Below the pieces are notes generated by a model, which had not been told where the DNA came from, made no database searches, and was given only the letters and a program-made list of their open reading frames with translations. Below, piece after piece: positions 63,350 to 64,000 of a stretch of DNA of 64,000 nt. How positions within the stretch are numbered: the stretch's first letter is position 1; each line of letters opens with the position of its first letter. Both the position numbers and the translations under genes were made by a program. The DNA lies in the NCBI GenBank assembly GCA_009103225.1, contig RHPI01000733.1, positions 109,148 through 173,147 of the forward strand. The letters are read 5' to 3'. Origin of the DNA: Chlorokybus atmophyticus (taxonomy: Eukaryota; Plantae; Mesostigma and Chlorokybus algae).

Positions 63350-63960
63350 TTATTCAACCAAACTGTGAGTGAATAACCACTTATATGTAGGACTATGTGT
63401 GTGAGCAGAAGTGCTGTATTATTCAATTATCATTTGCGTGAAAAATCAACCAAAGGCAGCAGTGTTCAACCATACTATGGGTGAATAACCACTCATATAT
63501 AGGATTGTGTGAGAGCAGATATGCTGTATTATTCAATCACAAATCGTATGAATAATCACTCGCCAGTGTGGTACATGTGCTGTTGAAACAGCTTTAGTAT
63601 GTGTGAACATTAAGCCAATATGCGTGTGAATAATTACCTATAAGGAGGACATAGTGTGAGAGCAGGCGCTGTAAATATTCATGCACACAAAGTATGAATA
63701 ATCACTTGGTGCCATGGTACAAGTCTAGGACCATGTATACCTAAGACGACTGAATATGCAGTTCTGTTGCGAGTGAATAACTACTCACATGTAGGAGGTT
63801 GTGTGCGAGATGGACAACTACAATTATTCATGACCAAAACGTGTGAATATCCATTGCTTGTATTCAGGGCATTTGGCCTGAATAATCAGCAATTGTAACA
63901 GCGACCTCTGCAGCCACGCAAGTGGCGAGTTCACACATAAAACAGATGAGTATTCAGGGC
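63350..63960. repeat. Degenerate tandem repeat of TATTCA-N10-15-TGAATA hairpin motifs (possible transposon subterminal region)
   Basis: tattcaaccaaactgtgagtgaataaccac... recurs with variation at least 5 times. Confidence 0.55.
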
Positions 63961-64000
63961 AAATGCGCTGAATTTTCAGAAATTCGGGGGGTCCAGAATT

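Noticed and set aside
63350-63960. CRISPR-like repeat-spacer array
   Set aside because: Repeats are degenerate and of variable length, the context is eukaryotic, and no cas genes are present.

Overview
Eukaryotic, intron-rich green-lineage genomic DNA with CA/TG-repeat-rich introns. The plant-type ALF4, SufE-fused quinolinate synthase, ORP1-type PH domain and plant-type SEN1-like helicase suggest a streptophyte alga; the species cannot be determined. 0-11.4 kb holds three ordinary spliced genes: the 3' part of a BNR/Asp-box sialidase-like gene, an ALF4/glomulin-like gene and a SufE-NadA quinolinate synthase. The rest is largely TE-rich, with degraded genes. Centrepiece (about 18.2-28.6 kb): a Ty3/Gypsy-type retroelement whose pol frame reads protease - DNMT3-like cytosine methyltransferase - RT - RNase H - integrase - PHD finger, interrupted only by three single in-frame stops. 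A related, pol-less Gag-protease element lies on the minus strand at about 42.5-46.4 kb. Neither element shows a matched LTR pair or a tRNA PBS by eye. Both have a perfect 14-15 bp inverted repeat, different in sequence between the two, linking the putative transcription start to the PBS position; this suggests Tf1-like self-priming. Also present: two bacterial-type, intron-containing, damaged secreted-enzyme genes (an S8/S53-like peptidase and a heparinase II/III-like mosaic), a truncated OSBP/ORP fragment, a 2,289-bp tandem duplication bounded by (TA)n, a 554-bp TRIM-like mini-LTR element, a 1.2-kb (CT)n run next to an N, and a ParB/Srx-like domain apparently fused to a SEN1/UPF1-like helicase. 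All calls come from manual translation and motif recognition; no database searches were run.
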